This document shows positions 1 to 10,472 of a DNA stretch of 64,000 nt, piece by piece. The notes under the pieces were generated by a model, which saw only the letters and a list, made by a program, of their open reading frames with translations, was not told the origin of the DNA and did not search any database. Each line of letters opens with the position of its first letter. Positions within the stretch are counted from its first letter, which is position 1. Both the position numbers and the translations under genes were made by a program. The stretch comes from Candidatus Melainabacteria bacterium 17Bon1m. GTDB taxonomy: Bacteria; Cyanobacteriota; Vampirovibrionia; Obscuribacterales; Obscuribacteraceae. The DNA is taken from contig JAVLKG010000004.1 in assembly GCA_032128875.1 (NCBI GenBank), forward strand, positions 256,001 to 320,000. Direction: 5' to 3'.

Positions 1-326
1 GCAGACCAAGCAGTTATGCCGGCAACAAGCTGGTTTCACGTGGTCTCGAGCTGGACACAGGCAACCATTCTGTCAAAGTGAACGGCAATGATGTTGCGCT
101 TTTGCCAAAAGAATTTCAACTTTTAGAATTTCTGATGCGCCATCCTGATCAGGTTTTTAGCGCTGATGCTTTGCTAAATCGTGTTTGGGCTTCTGCATCG
201 GATTCGAGTATTGATGCATTGACTACCTGCGTGAAGCGTCTGCGCAAGAAAATCGACGTTGATGGATCGCCGTCATTCATAAAAACAGTTCATGGTGTCG
301 GATATAAGTTGTTTACCGGCGACTAG
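1..326 (+). CDS. OmpR/PhoB-family response regulator, C-terminal winged-helix part (5' truncated by window)
   Basis: Frame open from base 3; LLPKEFQLLEFLMRHPDQVFS...LRKKI...IKTVHGVGY is the trans_reg_C motif; paralogous to 21133..21837. Confidence 0.92.
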   Translation, partial: RPSSYAGNKLVSRGLELDTGNHSVKVNGNDVALLPKEFQLLEFLMRHPDQVFSADALLNRVWASASDSSIDALTTCVKRLRKKIDVDGSPSFIKTVHGVGYKLFTGD

Positions 327-377
327 TTCAAAAACATCAGTCTATAACTTAGTTTGTAACCGTATTCCAAAAAGATT

Positions 378-406
378 GAAGGGGAGCCGCGTGAAAGCTC
401 CCCTTC
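378..406. terminator. Probable bidirectional terminator hairpin
   Basis: Perfect 10-bp stem GAAGGGGAGC/GCTCCCCTTC between convergent genes. Confidence 0.65.
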
Positions 407-447
407 GAGTAAGTAGTTTTGGATGAATGAAAGTTATTTGGTAGCTG

Positions 448-1026
448 TTATTTTCCTTTTCCGTAGATTTGAGCTTTCACAGATGTCTTGGTCGTTCTTG
501 AGCTACCTCCTATAGCTTGACCGTATGCGCTTTCTGCATTGTTTCCATAACTCAGAACACCGAAGCAGTCTTGCGATGATCCGCGCACTGCCGATGCTAA
601 TTGACCTTGGGCTTGATTGAACCTCAGTTTGGCACTGACACCAGTGCTGCGTGAAGCCATCTCTTCGGCCGAATATTGAGCTCTGTGGTTTTCAGGCAAG
701 GGCGCAGACTTGCATCTCATGCTTGAGTGACTGCGATATATAGGTAGAGGGGCGGCGTTATTGGTGCCCTTTCCTGTCCGGTGAGAGCTGGTCATTTGCG
801 AGTAGCGGGTTTGTGGGTCCCAATAGAATTGGCCAAGGTTTGGAGAAGTTCTGACCAAACCTGTTTCCCAACCCGCGACTCTGTAGGCGGTGCGTTGTGA
901 ATGAGTTACTACAACATCTTCCGCTTGCTGCGCAAAAGCTGGAGCGGCGATGAGTACGAGGCCGAAGCCTGCAAATATAGAGAGGATTGCGAAGCAAAGC
1001 TTGCGCTTAGTATCGTGCACACTCAT
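448..1026 (-). CDS. Hypothetical secreted protein
   Basis: 192-aa ORF with signal peptide (basic N-terminus, hydrophobic core, AFA-Q site); no recognisable domain. Confidence 0.7.
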   Translation of the reverse strand: MSVHDTKRKLCFAILSIFAGFGLVLIAAPAFAQQAEDVVVTHSQRTAYRVAGWETGLVRTSPNLGQFYWDPQTRYSQMTSSHRTGKGTNNAAPLPIYRSHSSMRCKSAPLPENHRAQYSAEEMASRSTGVSAKLRFNQAQGQLASAVRGSSQDCFGVLSYGNNAESAYGQAIGGSSRTTKTSVKAQIYGKGK

Positions 1027-1371
1027 TTAGTTTTTCCTTTAGTAATTAGAATCTGACGGGGGCGGTTTAATGCGGAAAGAGTGCGATTTCCTGAATCATG
1101 CCACTGAAAGATTGCAAACTTGTTTCAACGAAGAGGCTGGGTCTAGCTTTAGATTAAATGTAAAGGGGTGGGCGTGAAAACATCGTGAACACGAACGCCC
1201 GCCTGAAAAAAGCTCAGTTGACAGAAACGCCAATTGGTGGGAGTGGTCGGGTTTTTAAAGGAGAAATGGCGTGAAACTCTGACCGCCCGATCCCTTACTA
1301 AGCCAAATTTCGACTAAAATTGTTCTGCTGTCTCGGCCCGGCCGAGTTTACTACCTATCTTAGAATCCCAA

Positions 1372-3558
1372 ATGCGCATTTTACCTGGCAAGCCACATCC
1401 CTTAGGAGCAACATGGGACGGGCTCGGCGTCAATTTTGCTATCTTCTCGGAGAATGCCTCCCGGGTCGAGCTATGCCTTTTCGACTCGCCGGACGATAAG
1501 CACGAGTCAATTCGCATTGAGATGCCCGAGTACAACAACCAGGTCTATCACGTCTATTTGAAAGACATTCGTCCGGGTCAAATATATGGATACCGAGTGC
1601 ACGGCGCATATGACCCGGAAAATGGTCTGCGCTTCAATTCCAATAAAATCTTGCTCGATCCTTATGCCAAGTCCATTGCTCGTGACCTTATCTGGGACGA
1701 CAGTCTTTTTCCGTACATTGTCGGCAACAAAAAAGAAGACATGGTGCGCGACGATCGCGATAATGCCGCGTTTGCGCCTCTCGGTGCCGTAGTCGACCAT
1801 TCATTTACCTGGGGCGACGACAGGTTGCTCCAAACACCATGGCACCAAACGGTCATTTATGAAGCACATGTAAAAGGGCTTACCGCGCTGCACCCTGAAC
1901 TGCCTAAGGATATTCGCGGCACGTATGCAGCCATTGCGTCTGAGCCAATCATCAAGCATTTGAAAAGCCTCGGCGTCACTGCGATTGAATTGATGCCGAT
2001 ACATCATCGCGTCGATAATCAAAACCTTGTGAAGGCCGGCCTCGCCAATTACTGGGGCTATAACACCCTTTCTTACTTTGCTCCGGACATCAGATACTCT
2101 CACTATAAAGGTAGTGTCGATGCTGTCCGCGAGTTCAAAATGATGGTGCGAGCACTGCACGCCGCGGGCATCGAAGTGATACTGGATGTGGTGTATAACC
2201 ACACGGCTGAGGGCAACCACCTTGGACCGACACTCTCCTTTCGGGGCATCGACAACACTTGCTATTACCGCACGATGGCGAAAGACCAGCGCTTTTACAT
2301 GGACTACACCGGCTGCGGCAACACGCTCAACATGATGCATCCGCGCGTGCTCCAATTGATCATGGATAGCTTGCGTTATTGGATCCAAGAAATGCACGTT
2401 GATGGTTTCCGCTTTGACCTCGCCAGTGCGCTTGCTCGCGAACTTTATGACGTCGACAAGTTGAGCGCTTTCTTTGATGTTATTCAGCAAGACCCGGTTG
2501 TTTCGCAGGTCAAGCTCATTGCAGAGCCCTGGGATATCGGCGAAGGTGGATATCAGGTTGGAAATTTCCCGGTTTTGTGGACTGAATGGAACGGCAAATA
2601 TCGCGATTCTGTTCGTCAGTATTGGCGCGGCGATCCGAATATGCTCGGGCAGATGGCGACCAGACTGACCGGCTCCAGCGATCTATATGCTCACAGCGGT
2701 CGCAGCCCGCACGCTTCCATCAATTTTGTCACTTGCCACGATGGTTTTACGCTTCGAGATCTAGTCAGCTATAACGAGAAGCATAATATCGCCAATTTGG
2801 AAAACAACCGCGACGGTGAAAACCATAACATCGGTTGGAACATGGGTGTCGAAGGCGAAACCGACGATGAAGATATCATCAACCTGCGTTTGCAGCAGCG
2901 AAGGAATTTCTTCGCTACCCTGATGCTTTCCCTCGGTGTGCCGATGATTAGCGGTGGTGATGAAGTTGGCCGGACGCAGAAAGGCAACAATAACGCTTAT
3001 TGCCAGGACAACGAGATCAGTTGGACAAATTGGGATTACAGCGAGAAAGAGAAAGAGTTTCTGAGCTTTGTTCAAAAGCTTGCTGCAATCAGAACATCCC
3101 AACCTGTGCTTCAACGGCGCAAGTTTTTCAAAGGACAAATCCGAGTCGGTCCTTCTCAAACGAAAGACATCATATGGTTGAATGCCGACGGCACAGAGAT
3201 GAAGCAAATTGATTGGGATGACGAAGAAAGACGGCATCTAGCGGTCATCTTCGAAGGTGGTCATATGGAGGAGATGGATGACGAAGGCAACGAGGTCACT
3301 GGTGACACGTTGTTGCTTTTGCTCAATTCTCACTGGAAGGAAAAAAACTTTCACTTGCCGCCCAGCCAGGTCGACAAATATTGGCGAATGTTCGCGCCAC
3401 AAATGATGGACAAGACATGGAAGCTTTTGATCGAAACGACGGGCATCATGAGTCCCAGCTGCTGGGAGCCGCAGAGCCAATTTAAGCTTGGTCCTCGGAG
3501 TATGGCGCTGTTTATGCTGCAAGATAAGGATGAAAACACGCTGCCGGATGCACTCTAG
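1372..3558 (+). CDS. glgX: Glycogen debranching enzyme (isoamylase, GH13)
   Basis: PLGATWDG start; NYWGY, ILDVVYNH, VDGFRFDLA, KLIAEPWD, NFVTCHDGFTL and GNNNAYCQDNE motifs. Confidence 0.97.
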   Translation: MRILPGKPHPLGATWDGLGVNFAIFSENASRVELCLFDSPDDKHESIRIEMPEYNNQVYHVYLKDIRPGQIYGYRVHGAYDPENGLRFNSNKILLDPYAKSIARDLIWDDSLFPYIVGNKKEDMVRDDRDNAAFAPLGAVVDHSFTWGDDRLLQTPWHQTVIYEAHVKGLTALHPELPKDIRGTYAAIASEPIIKHLKSLGVTAIELMPIHHRVDNQNLVKAGLANYWGYNTLSYFAPDIRYSHYKGSVDAVREFKMMVRALHAAGIEVILDVVYNHTAEGNHLGPTLSFRGIDNTCYYRTMAKDQRFYMDYTGCGNTLNMMHPRVLQLIMDSLRYWIQEMHVDGFRFDLASALARELYDVDKLSAFFDVIQQDPVVSQVKLIAEPWDIGEGGYQVGNFPVLWTEWNGKYRDSVRQYWRGDPNMLGQMATRLTGSSDLYAHSGRSPHASINFVTCHDGFTLRDLVSYNEKHNIANLENNRDGENHNIGWNMGVEGETDDEDIINLRLQQRRNFFATLMLSLGVPMISGGDEVGRTQKGNNNAYCQDNEISWTNWDYSEKEKEFLSFVQKLAAIRTSQPVLQRRKFFKGQIRVGPSQTKDIIWLNADGTEMKQIDWDDEERRHLAVIFEGGHMEEMDDEGNEVTGDTLLLLLNSHWKEKNFHLPPSQVDKYWRMFAPQMMDKTWKLLIETTGIMSPSCWEPQSQFKLGPRSMALFMLQDKDENTLPDAL

Positions 3559-3596
3559 GTGAGCGTGAGCCGCAAATTCCAGTGAGGTAGATAGAC

Positions 3597-4442
3597 GTGA
3601 AAACCTACAATGATTTGTTTGTTCCAAACTTCATGTACGGAACCGCGTGGAAGAAAGATGCGACGAAAGGTCTGGTAGAACTTGCAGTCGAATCAGGATT
3701 CACCGCCATTGATACCGCAAATCAACTTCGTCACTACTATGAAATTGGCGTTGGTGAGGCATTGTTGGAACTTGCAAAGAAAGGCATCAAGCGCGAATCC
3801 TTGTTTCTCCAGACGAAGTTCACTTCCATTGATGGACAGGGCGATCACACACCCTATGATCCAAAGGCAAATCTGACCACTCAAGTAAACCAATCAATTG
3901 ATAGTTCTTTGCAGCACCTTCATACCGATGTTCTCGATTCCTACGTTTTGCACGGTCCTTATACTCGCTACGGGCTAAGCGATTCTGATTGGGAAGTATG
4001 GGCGGCAATTGAGGAGCAATATCAGAAAGGTAAAACGAAATCGATTGGCGTCAGTAATGTCTCTGCCGATCAACTTGCGTTGCTGGTGTCAAAGGCTAAA
4101 GTAAAACCGATGTTCTGCCAGAATCGCTGCTATGCGGTGCGAGGTTGGGATAAGGAAACTCGCAAGATTTGCCTGGCAGAAAACATCATCTATCAAGGCT
4201 TTTCTCTGCTCACTGCTAACGCTCGGGAAATGGCCGACCCCGCGGTACGCGCAATTGCAAAACGTTTGGGTACCGGAGTAGAGCAGGTGATATTCAAGTT
4301 CTCCTCGCAAATTGGCATGCTGCCATTGACTGGCACATCCAATGCAAGTCATATGAAAGATGATCTCGCGTCAGAGAAACTCACTTTGACGGATGAAGAC
4401 ATGAATCTGATTGAAAATATCGGACTCTCTGCTCTTCGTTAA
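3597..4442 (+). CDS. Aldo/keto reductase family protein
   Basis: YGTAW, GFTAIDTAN, LFLQTKF, LDSYVLHGP and SIGVSN motifs. Confidence 0.9.
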   Translation: MKTYNDLFVPNFMYGTAWKKDATKGLVELAVESGFTAIDTANQLRHYYEIGVGEALLELAKKGIKRESLFLQTKFTSIDGQGDHTPYDPKANLTTQVNQSIDSSLQHLHTDVLDSYVLHGPYTRYGLSDSDWEVWAAIEEQYQKGKTKSIGVSNVSADQLALLVSKAKVKPMFCQNRCYAVRGWDKETRKICLAENIIYQGFSLLTANAREMADPAVRAIAKRLGTGVEQVIFKFSSQIGMLPLTGTSNASHMKDDLASEKLTLTDEDMNLIENIGLSALR

Positions 4443-4448
4443 AGCATC

Positions 4449-4527
4449 GTGGGGGCGCGTTGCATGCGCCCGTTTTGTAGGGGCGATGCCATGCATCGCC
4501 CTCGGTCGGCATGAATGCCGCCCCTAC
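4449..4527. repeat. Cluster of three REP-like palindromes
   Basis: GTGGGGGCGCGTTGCATGCGCCC, GTAGGGGCGATGCCATGCATCGCCCT and an inverted copy ending GCCGCCCCTAC; GTAG-type foot plus GC-rich hairpin. Confidence 0.75.
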
Positions 4528-4727
4528 ACCGGAGAGAGTCTAAGCATTCTTTTTCTCTATATTCATTTGCTATCTGACTCTTGCAAAAAAGTTAAACCTG
4601 TCAAAGAACGGGAAACTTTTGGAGGTCAGACAGTCTAGTTATTCATCAAGTAAACGCTGAGTTGGGCTGTAAAGCTCATGATAACTTTGCCGTAAAGACC
4701 AGTTGCTATCTTAGTAGGGAAAAGAAT

Positions 4728-5120
4728 ATGGAAACGCGAGGCTCGTCGAATGCCGGTGAAATGGCTGGCGAAATTGTCAGAAGAATTGGCGACAGCATTT
4801 TGGAAGAATATGGAATGTTGAATGCTGAGCTGATGGAATTGCCAAAACCATTTCGCAGTGTTCGTTCACTCGACGCAGTGCGACAAACGAAAGTCAGTGG
4901 TCGTGTCAACCGCGAAACGGCATTCATCAATAAAGATGGCGTGTTGATCGTTCATTACTGGTCTAAGCTGGGGCATCTTATTGCTGAAGCCTGGGACCAT
5001 ATCGAGCCTACGCAACCGCACTATCTGGAGATTTGCTTTAAGCACGGTCTAAAGCAAGTTGGCGATCGCAATGTGATTGCGCTCGAATGGAATAACGGCG
5101 GCTGGAAGAAAGTCGCTTAG
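4728..5120 (+). CDS. Hypothetical protein
   Basis: ATG at 4728 preceded by AGGGAAAAG; 130 aa with protein-like composition. Confidence 0.6.
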   Translation: METRGSSNAGEMAGEIVRRIGDSILEEYGMLNAELMELPKPFRSVRSLDAVRQTKVSGRVNRETAFINKDGVLIVHYWSKLGHLIAEAWDHIEPTQPHYLEICFKHGLKQVGDRNVIALEWNNGGWKKVA

Positions 5121-5134
5121 AGTTTCAATTCTGT

Positions 5135-5187
5135 GTAAGGGACGCGTACGCGCGTCCCTGGCAGGGAGCCGCATGCGGCTCGCCTAC
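5135..5187. repeat. Inverted REP-like pair (BIME-like)
   Basis: GTAAGGGACGCGTACGCGCGTCCCTGGCAGGGAGCCGCATGCGGCTCGCCTAC; core shared with 41446 and 47609. Confidence 0.75.
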
Positions 5188-5253
5188 ACGACATTTTGGC
5201 AACAATTTTTTTCGCGTGCTTTACTCAATGTACCTCACAAGGAGGGCAAGAGT

Positions 5254-6276
5254 ATGGAAAGCGCGAGAGTATACCAAGTATTCAATGATGAACCTGCTGA
5301 GCTAAATGCCGCAATTGCCGCTCCAGGTCTAGATGTTCAGTATGCGGATTCGGAGTTGCTGGATTCGTATTCCAAGACTATTATTTCTTCGCTCGATCGC
5401 GTCTCTCCTGCAGTCGTTTATATCGAGGTGACAAAGGAAGGGCGACGCGGTCAGCAAACCGGCGGTGGGTCTGGGTTTATCTTCACCCCTGACGGCTACA
5501 TATTCACCAATAGTCATGTTGTTCATGGCGCCAAAGAAATCAATGTTTCTTTAGCAGATGGACGCACAGTATCCGGCAGGCTCATTGGTGAGGACGAAGA
5601 TACTGATCTGGCGGTCGTTCAGATATGGGCACCAAATGCGGAGCCTGTGAAACTAGGAGACTCGCAAGCACTGACACCAGGACAAGTCGTAATCGCTATC
5701 GGGAATCCGTTCGGGTTTCAGAGCACTGTTACTGCAGGCATAATCAGTGCGCTTGGGCGCTCGATGCGGGCCGAATCAGGACGGTTGATCGACAACATCA
5801 TTCAGACAGACGCCGCGCTCAATCCCGGCAACTCCGGCGGTCCATTGGTCAATTCGCGCGGAGAAGTGATCGGCGTGAATACAGCAGTGATCCTTCCAGC
5901 GCAAGGAATCTGTCTTGCTGTTCCTATCAACACAGCTAAATCAGTGGCTTTTGCACTGATGCGCGATGGTTTTGTCAGAAGAGGTTGGCTTGGTGTTGCC
6001 GCACAAACAATAGCTGTACGCACTCGTTTGTCGCGTTTCCACCAGATATTCAATACAGGAGCAGTCTTGCTCATCGGCATCGAGCCCGACTCCCCAGCCA
6101 AACGTGCAGGGCTTCGTGAAGGCGATGCGCTTGTGAGCATCAACGGTCAAACAGTCAATTCAGTTGATGACTTACACCGAATGATGCTCACTATTCAGAC
6201 TGATAAGGACAGCACAATAAATGTAATCCGTCATTCTGAGCTGCTTTCTATACCGGTCACTCCGGTTCTGAAATAG
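5254..6276 (+). CDS. HtrA/DegP-like trypsin serine protease with one PDZ domain
   Basis: GSGFIF, TNSHVV, TDLAV, IQTDAALNPGNSGGPL and RGWLGV; RBS AAGGAGG before ATG 5254; no obvious signal peptide. Confidence 0.93.
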   Translation: MESARVYQVFNDEPAELNAAIAAPGLDVQYADSELLDSYSKTIISSLDRVSPAVVYIEVTKEGRRGQQTGGGSGFIFTPDGYIFTNSHVVHGAKEINVSLADGRTVSGRLIGEDEDTDLAVVQIWAPNAEPVKLGDSQALTPGQVVIAIGNPFGFQSTVTAGIISALGRSMRAESGRLIDNIIQTDAALNPGNSGGPLVNSRGEVIGVNTAVILPAQGICLAVPINTAKSVAFALMRDGFVRRGWLGVAAQTIAVRTRLSRFHQIFNTGAVLLIGIEPDSPAKRAGLREGDALVSINGQTVNSVDDLHRMMLTIQTDKDSTINVIRHSELLSIPVTPVLK

Positions 6277-6327
6277 CTCTAGATGCGCTGAGCGCTCTCA
6301 GGAGAGAACGGCTCGTGACGATTGCTG

Positions 6328-6486
6328 TCAGCGACGATTGAAATTGGAAAAGAAGGAATAAACCGGCGTGTGGAAATCGTGCTGATACACAGGCTTGTGC
6401 ATATCATGCTCTTGTTCGTTGACACTTACTTTAGCTTCTTCTTGAATTTGGGCGGACTCTTGGGGTTTGAGAGTTTGCTCTGGCAT
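6328..6486 (-). CDS. Small protein (52 aa) with tandem HDxHxPVY repeat, not in ORF track
   Basis: Manual translation MPEQTLKPQESAQIQEEAKVSVNEQEHDMHKPVYQHDFHTPVYSFFSNFNRR; AGGAG RBS 9 nt upstream of ATG. Confidence 0.6.
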   Translation of the reverse strand: MPEQTLKPQESAQIQEEAKVSVNEQEHDMHKPVYQHDFHTPVYSFFSNFNRR

Positions 6487-6763
6487 AGTAATGGCTCCTG
6501 GGGAGGCAAGAACGTTCTAACACAAGACCAGGGTGGGCTTTGCGTAAGACCTGGGGAGATTGGGAGGGATTTCCTTATGACAACACCATAACTCACAAAT
6601 GTTTCAACATTGTTGCTGGCTGAAACGATGCGCCAGCTAGCCTTGCCGGATTTCATAGGGAGAGCGGACGCTCCAAATGCCACAACATTAAACGCCTCGT
6701 GAGGGGCCGCGAGCGTTCGGAAGTGCAGCATTTAAAGACCCAGGGTTCCGGCCTGGCGAGAAC

Positions 6764-8797
6764 CTATTCTCTTATTTCTTGGTGTTTTACGATGTTTATC
6801 ACAGTCACGTTCGGCATTTGTTTTTGTAGTTTTTGAAAGTCTTGCGGGCTCATGTCAGAAATTTGCAGATGCTTGAGATGTTTGAATGACTTTAGTGTAT
6901 CTGCGCATTTTGGCGTGATGTCGCACCCCATAGCGTACAGAGAAGTGAGATTAGTCAGCGGTTTTAAAAGAGCGATTGTTTCATCATTTACTACTTTGTT
7001 GCCGCTAATCGATAAATTGGTGAGGTACTTCATCTTCGCAATCTTCTTTAGATTGTCCACAGTCAGATTATTGTCATCAATTCTTAGATCGCGAATCTTT
7101 GATTCAGGCAGCCTCTCGATCAGCTGTTGTGCGTTAGGAATAGCCTTGCAACTGAGCTGCGTAAGGTATGCAAAACGCTTCATTCCGGCAAGCGATTTGC
7201 CGCTGAATTTACCATGCGAGACTTGTAGCATCGTAAGATTGGGAACAGCATCTATATAGTGGAATGCATTCTCGCTCACATCCATCATGACCTTAATAGA
7301 TTCCAGCCGTGTGAAGCGAGGAATAACGGAAAGCACACTCGGATTTGATTGAAACTCGTCGAGCAGCTCGAGCATTGTAATATCGTCATCTGCGAAACGA
7401 TTGAGAGTGTCTGGAGACTGCATATGCCTTGGCGAGAGTTGGAAGAGCACTGGTGCGTTTTTCGGCAAGCTCATGCGTCCCAGCGCAGGCTGGAAAAACG
7501 AGCGACCAACATTAATCCGGCCAATCGGATTTCCCGGATCACTGGGAAAAGTGAAGATTCGGGTCTTACCGTCCGCACTAATTTTCGAAATTGGCTCGCG
7601 AGAAACTTTTAAAGGCGGTAGCGTTTCTTCAGGATGAGGAGATGTCCATGCGCTCTCGAATGCCTTTTTGTCAGGGACGGCGGCGCTTGTTGGCGGTGGT
7701 GCAAATATCTTGCTTGTAGCAAACCCGAGCAGGAATGCTCCCACGGCAAAAATGGCAACTGCTATGTTTTGCGAGAGAAAGACTTTATTAGAGACCTGCG
7801 CAACGAGCGTTTTTGGTGACGTCTTGAATGATGCAGAATCAGCCGGGTATCCGCTTTCGGTGAACAGTTGATCTATTTGAACCAAGTCGTGCGTAAGTAG
7901 CTGTGCGTTTTGATACCGCTTTTCTGGATCTTTCTCGAGCAATCGTGCAACGAGTCTTTCAATTTCTGGCGGAAAGAAAATTCCCATAGATGCTTCTTTC
8001 AAAGAAAGCGGCTTTTCCATTTGATGCTTCATCATTGTCGAGAGCGCATTCTCGCCAATCATTGGTGGTGCTCCGGTTAGCGCTTCAAACATCGAGCAAC
8101 CGAGGGAATAGAGATCTGTTCTTGTGTCGACCGGAATTCCCAGACATTGCTCAGGGCTCATGTAGAGAGGGCTGCCGAAGATTTCGCCGGTTTTAGTCAG
8201 GGTTTGTTGGTTGAATTCATCAATGCCGGTCAGTTTGGCGATGCCGAGATCTACGACTTTGACCGCGCTTATTAGAGAACCGCTTTCATCCTTGGTGATC
8301 ATGATGTTGCTTGGTTTGAGGTCTCGGTGGATGACTCCGTTTTCGTGTGCGTATGAGAGCGCAAATCCAACCTGAATGAAAACCTTGATGACCTTTGGCA
8401 GAGGCAAGCGCCCTGACTTCTTAATCAGGTCAGCCAGCGTTTCGCCTTTCACCATTTCCATGATGAAAAATGGCTGCCCGTCGGGTAGAAGCCCTGATTC
8501 ATAAACCTTGATCAAATTGGGATGGTCCATTCGACTGGCTGTTTTCGCTTCGTTATCGAAACGCCGCCAGGATGTCTCATCGGATTGCCTTGATAGGACC
8601 TTGAGAGCGAATTCACATCCTGATTCGATATGGCGAATTTGAAAGACACTGCCCATGCCGCCTTTGCCCAGCAGCCCGAGAACTTGGTATCGTTCGAGAA
8701 CTATTGAATCTTTGGCGAAATAGGCGCTGCCATCTGCGGCAACCAACTCAGTGCCGGAAGTTACCTCTTGCCGATCAGAAGTATTCCAGTCAGTCAT
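6764..8797 (-). CDS. Hanks-type Ser/Thr protein kinase with TM segment and C-terminal leucine-rich repeats
   Basis: GKGGMG, ALKVL, IHRDLKPSNIM, DLG, GSPLYMSPEQ; TM IAVAIFAVGAFLLGF; LxxLxI repeats. Confidence 0.93.
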   Translation of the reverse strand: MTDWNTSDRQEVTSGTELVAADGSAYFAKDSIVLERYQVLGLLGKGGMGSVFQIRHIESGCEFALKVLSRQSDETSWRRFDNEAKTASRMDHPNLIKVYESGLLPDGQPFFIMEMVKGETLADLIKKSGRLPLPKVIKVFIQVGFALSYAHENGVIHRDLKPSNIMITKDESGSLISAVKVVDLGIAKLTGIDEFNQQTLTKTGEIFGSPLYMSPEQCLGIPVDTRTDLYSLGCSMFEALTGAPPMIGENALSTMMKHQMEKPLSLKEASMGIFFPPEIERLVARLLEKDPEKRYQNAQLLTHDLVQIDQLFTESGYPADSASFKTSPKTLVAQVSNKVFLSQNIAVAIFAVGAFLLGFATSKIFAPPPTSAAVPDKKAFESAWTSPHPEETLPPLKVSREPISKISADGKTRIFTFPSDPGNPIGRINVGRSFFQPALGRMSLPKNAPVLFQLSPRHMQSPDTLNRFADDDITMLELLDEFQSNPSVLSVIPRFTRLESIKVMMDVSENAFHYIDAVPNLTMLQVSHGKFSGKSLAGMKRFAYLTQLSCKAIPNAQQLIERLPESKIRDLRIDDNNLTVDNLKKIAKMKYLTNLSISGNKVVNDETIALLKPLTNLTSLYAMGCDITPKCADTLKSFKHLKHLQISDMSPQDFQKLQKQMPNVTVINIVKHQEIRE

Positions 8798-8801
8798 TGC
8801 G

Positions 8802-10436
8802 CTATTTAGCTAGCGAAACGTGACGCTCCAAAACTTCTGCAAAGAAGTCATCACCTTTGTCGTTGATGACGATGAATGCTGGAAAGTCTTCGATTTCGAT
8901 CTTAAACACAGCTTCCATTCCCAACTCAGGATAGTCGATTGTTTCAACTTTCTTGATCGAGTCTTGTGCCAGTCGAGCGGCTGCACCACCAATAGTGCCT
9001 AAGTAGAAGCCGCCCCATCTGCCGCACGCTTCGCGAACGTTTTTGCCTCTGTTGCCTTTAGCCAACGTAATCAAGCTTGCACCTCTGGACATCAGTAAAT
9101 CAGCATATGAATCCATGCGACCTGCTGTTGTCGGTCCGAAAGAACCTGAAGCATAACCTTCGGGAGTTTTTGCCGGGCCCGCATAATAGATAGGATGCTT
9201 ATAAATGTAATCCGGCAATTCTTTGCCTGATTCAATGACTTCTTTCCATTTCGCGTGGGCGATGTCGCGCGCAACGAGCATAGTTCCGGTCAGCAAAAGA
9301 CGAGTGCCTGGTGGCTTGCCGGAAAGCTTTTTGCGAATTTCTTCCATTGACTCGCTGAGGTCGACTCTGAGAGACTGATCGGGGAGATCTTTCTCTTCTG
9401 TCTCTGGAAGGAAACGCGCCGGGTCTGTTTCGAGCTGTTCGAGCCAGACTCCGTCTTTGTCGATGCGGGCGAGAATTTGTCTGTCCGCGCTGCAAGATAC
9501 GCCCAGACCGATAGGAAGACTGGCGCCGTGGCGTGGCAAGCGAACAACGCGCACGTCGTGGCAGAAATACTTGCCACCGAATTGAGCGCCGATGCCGAGG
9601 TTGCGTGTGATCTCGAGGATTTCCTTTTCAAGTTCCAAGTCCCGGAATGCGCGTCCTGTTTTATCACCTTCTGTGGGCAATGTGTCGAGGTAATGCGTGC
9701 TGGCGAGCTTGACTGTTTTCAGAGTCATCTCTGCCGACAGTCCGCCGATTACTACGGCGAGGTGATAAGGAGGGCAGGCTGATGTGCCGAGTCCAGCGAT
9801 TTTTTCGGTTAGCAGCTTCTTCAGAGATTCAGTGTTGAGCACTGATTTTGTCTCTTGATACAGATAGGTTTTGTTTGCCGACCCACCGCCTTTGGCGATG
9901 AAGAGGAATTCGTACTTGTCGCCCGGATCTGAATAGATTTCAATCTGCGCCGGTAAATTGCTGCCCGTATTTGACTCCTGATACATGGTTATGGGCGCCA
10001 TCTGACTGTAGCGAAGATTGCACTCGTTGTAGGTTTTCTTCACACCATCGGACAGCGCTTGCGCATCGTCCGCTCCGGTGAAGACTTGTTCTCCCTTATG
10101 GGCCATCACAATCGCCGTGCCTGTATCCTGGCACATTGGCAGTGTGCCACCAGCAGCGATGCTGGCGTTTTTCAATAGTTCGAGCGCGACAAACTTATCG
10201 TTGTCGGACGCATCTTTGTCATCAAGGATGCTTTTGAGCATTTCCAGGTGACTGGTGCGCAGCAAGTGGGAGACGTCTGTGAAAGCTTGTTTCGCAAGTT
10301 TTGTCAAAACTTCCGGCTTTACCACCAAGACCTTTTTGCCTTGAAAGGTCTCTTCGGAAATTCCTTCTTTGCCCAAATTCTTGTATTGAGTAGTGTCTTT
10401 TCCGAGTTGGAAAATGCTGCTCACACTTGCGGACAT
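8802..10436 (-). CDS. fumA: Fumarate hydratase class I (Fe-S)
   Basis: [39 protein letters not shown]. Confidence 0.95.
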   Translation of the reverse strand: MSASVSSIFQLGKDTTQYKNLGKEGISEETFQGKKVLVVKPEVLTKLAKQAFTDVSHLLRTSHLEMLKSILDDKDASDNDKFVALELLKNASIAAGGTLPMCQDTGTAIVMAHKGEQVFTGADDAQALSDGVKKTYNECNLRYSQMAPITMYQESNTGSNLPAQIEIYSDPGDKYEFLFIAKGGGSANKTYLYQETKSVLNTESLKKLLTEKIAGLGTSACPPYHLAVVIGGLSAEMTLKTVKLASTHYLDTLPTEGDKTGRAFRDLELEKEILEITRNLGIGAQFGGKYFCHDVRVVRLPRHGASLPIGLGVSCSADRQILARIDKDGVWLEQLETDPARFLPETEEKDLPDQSLRVDLSESMEEIRKKLSGKPPGTRLLLTGTMLVARDIAHAKWKEVIESGKELPDYIYKHPIYYAGPAKTPEGYASGSFGPTTAGRMDSYADLLMSRGASLITLAKGNRGKNVREACGRWGGFYLGTIGGAAARLAQDSIKKVETIDYPELGMEAVFKIEIEDFPAFIVINDKGDDFFAEVLERHVSLAK

Positions 10437-10472
10437 AAGATGCTGACCTCCTTTGAGAAACGCTTGCGGCGC

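Noticed and set aside
1801-2490. Long antisense ORFs (e.g. 1801..2490, 37609..38265, 40712..41293)
   Set aside because: Shadow frames of well-supported genes on the opposite strand
4449-4527. CRISPR-like appearance of clustered palindromes (also 43490-43581)
   Set aside because: Units are non-identical, some are inverted, there are no regular unique spacers and no cas genes; REP-like instead
5077-5253. N-terminal extensions in the ORF track (also 28398, 42482, 55544, 62056)
   Set aside because: They run through REPs, intergenic DNA or neighbouring genes; downstream starts have better RBS or motif boundaries
6426-6731. 101-aa minus-strand ORF and 89-aa plus-strand ORF (6322..6591) from the track
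   Set aside because: No RBS or protein-like features; the 52-aa ORF at 6328..6486 is better supported
6490-6763. 6S RNA or riboswitch (GACCCAGGGTTC and several hairpins)
   Set aside because: I could not build the long 6S rod or any known aptamer core; an Rfam search is needed
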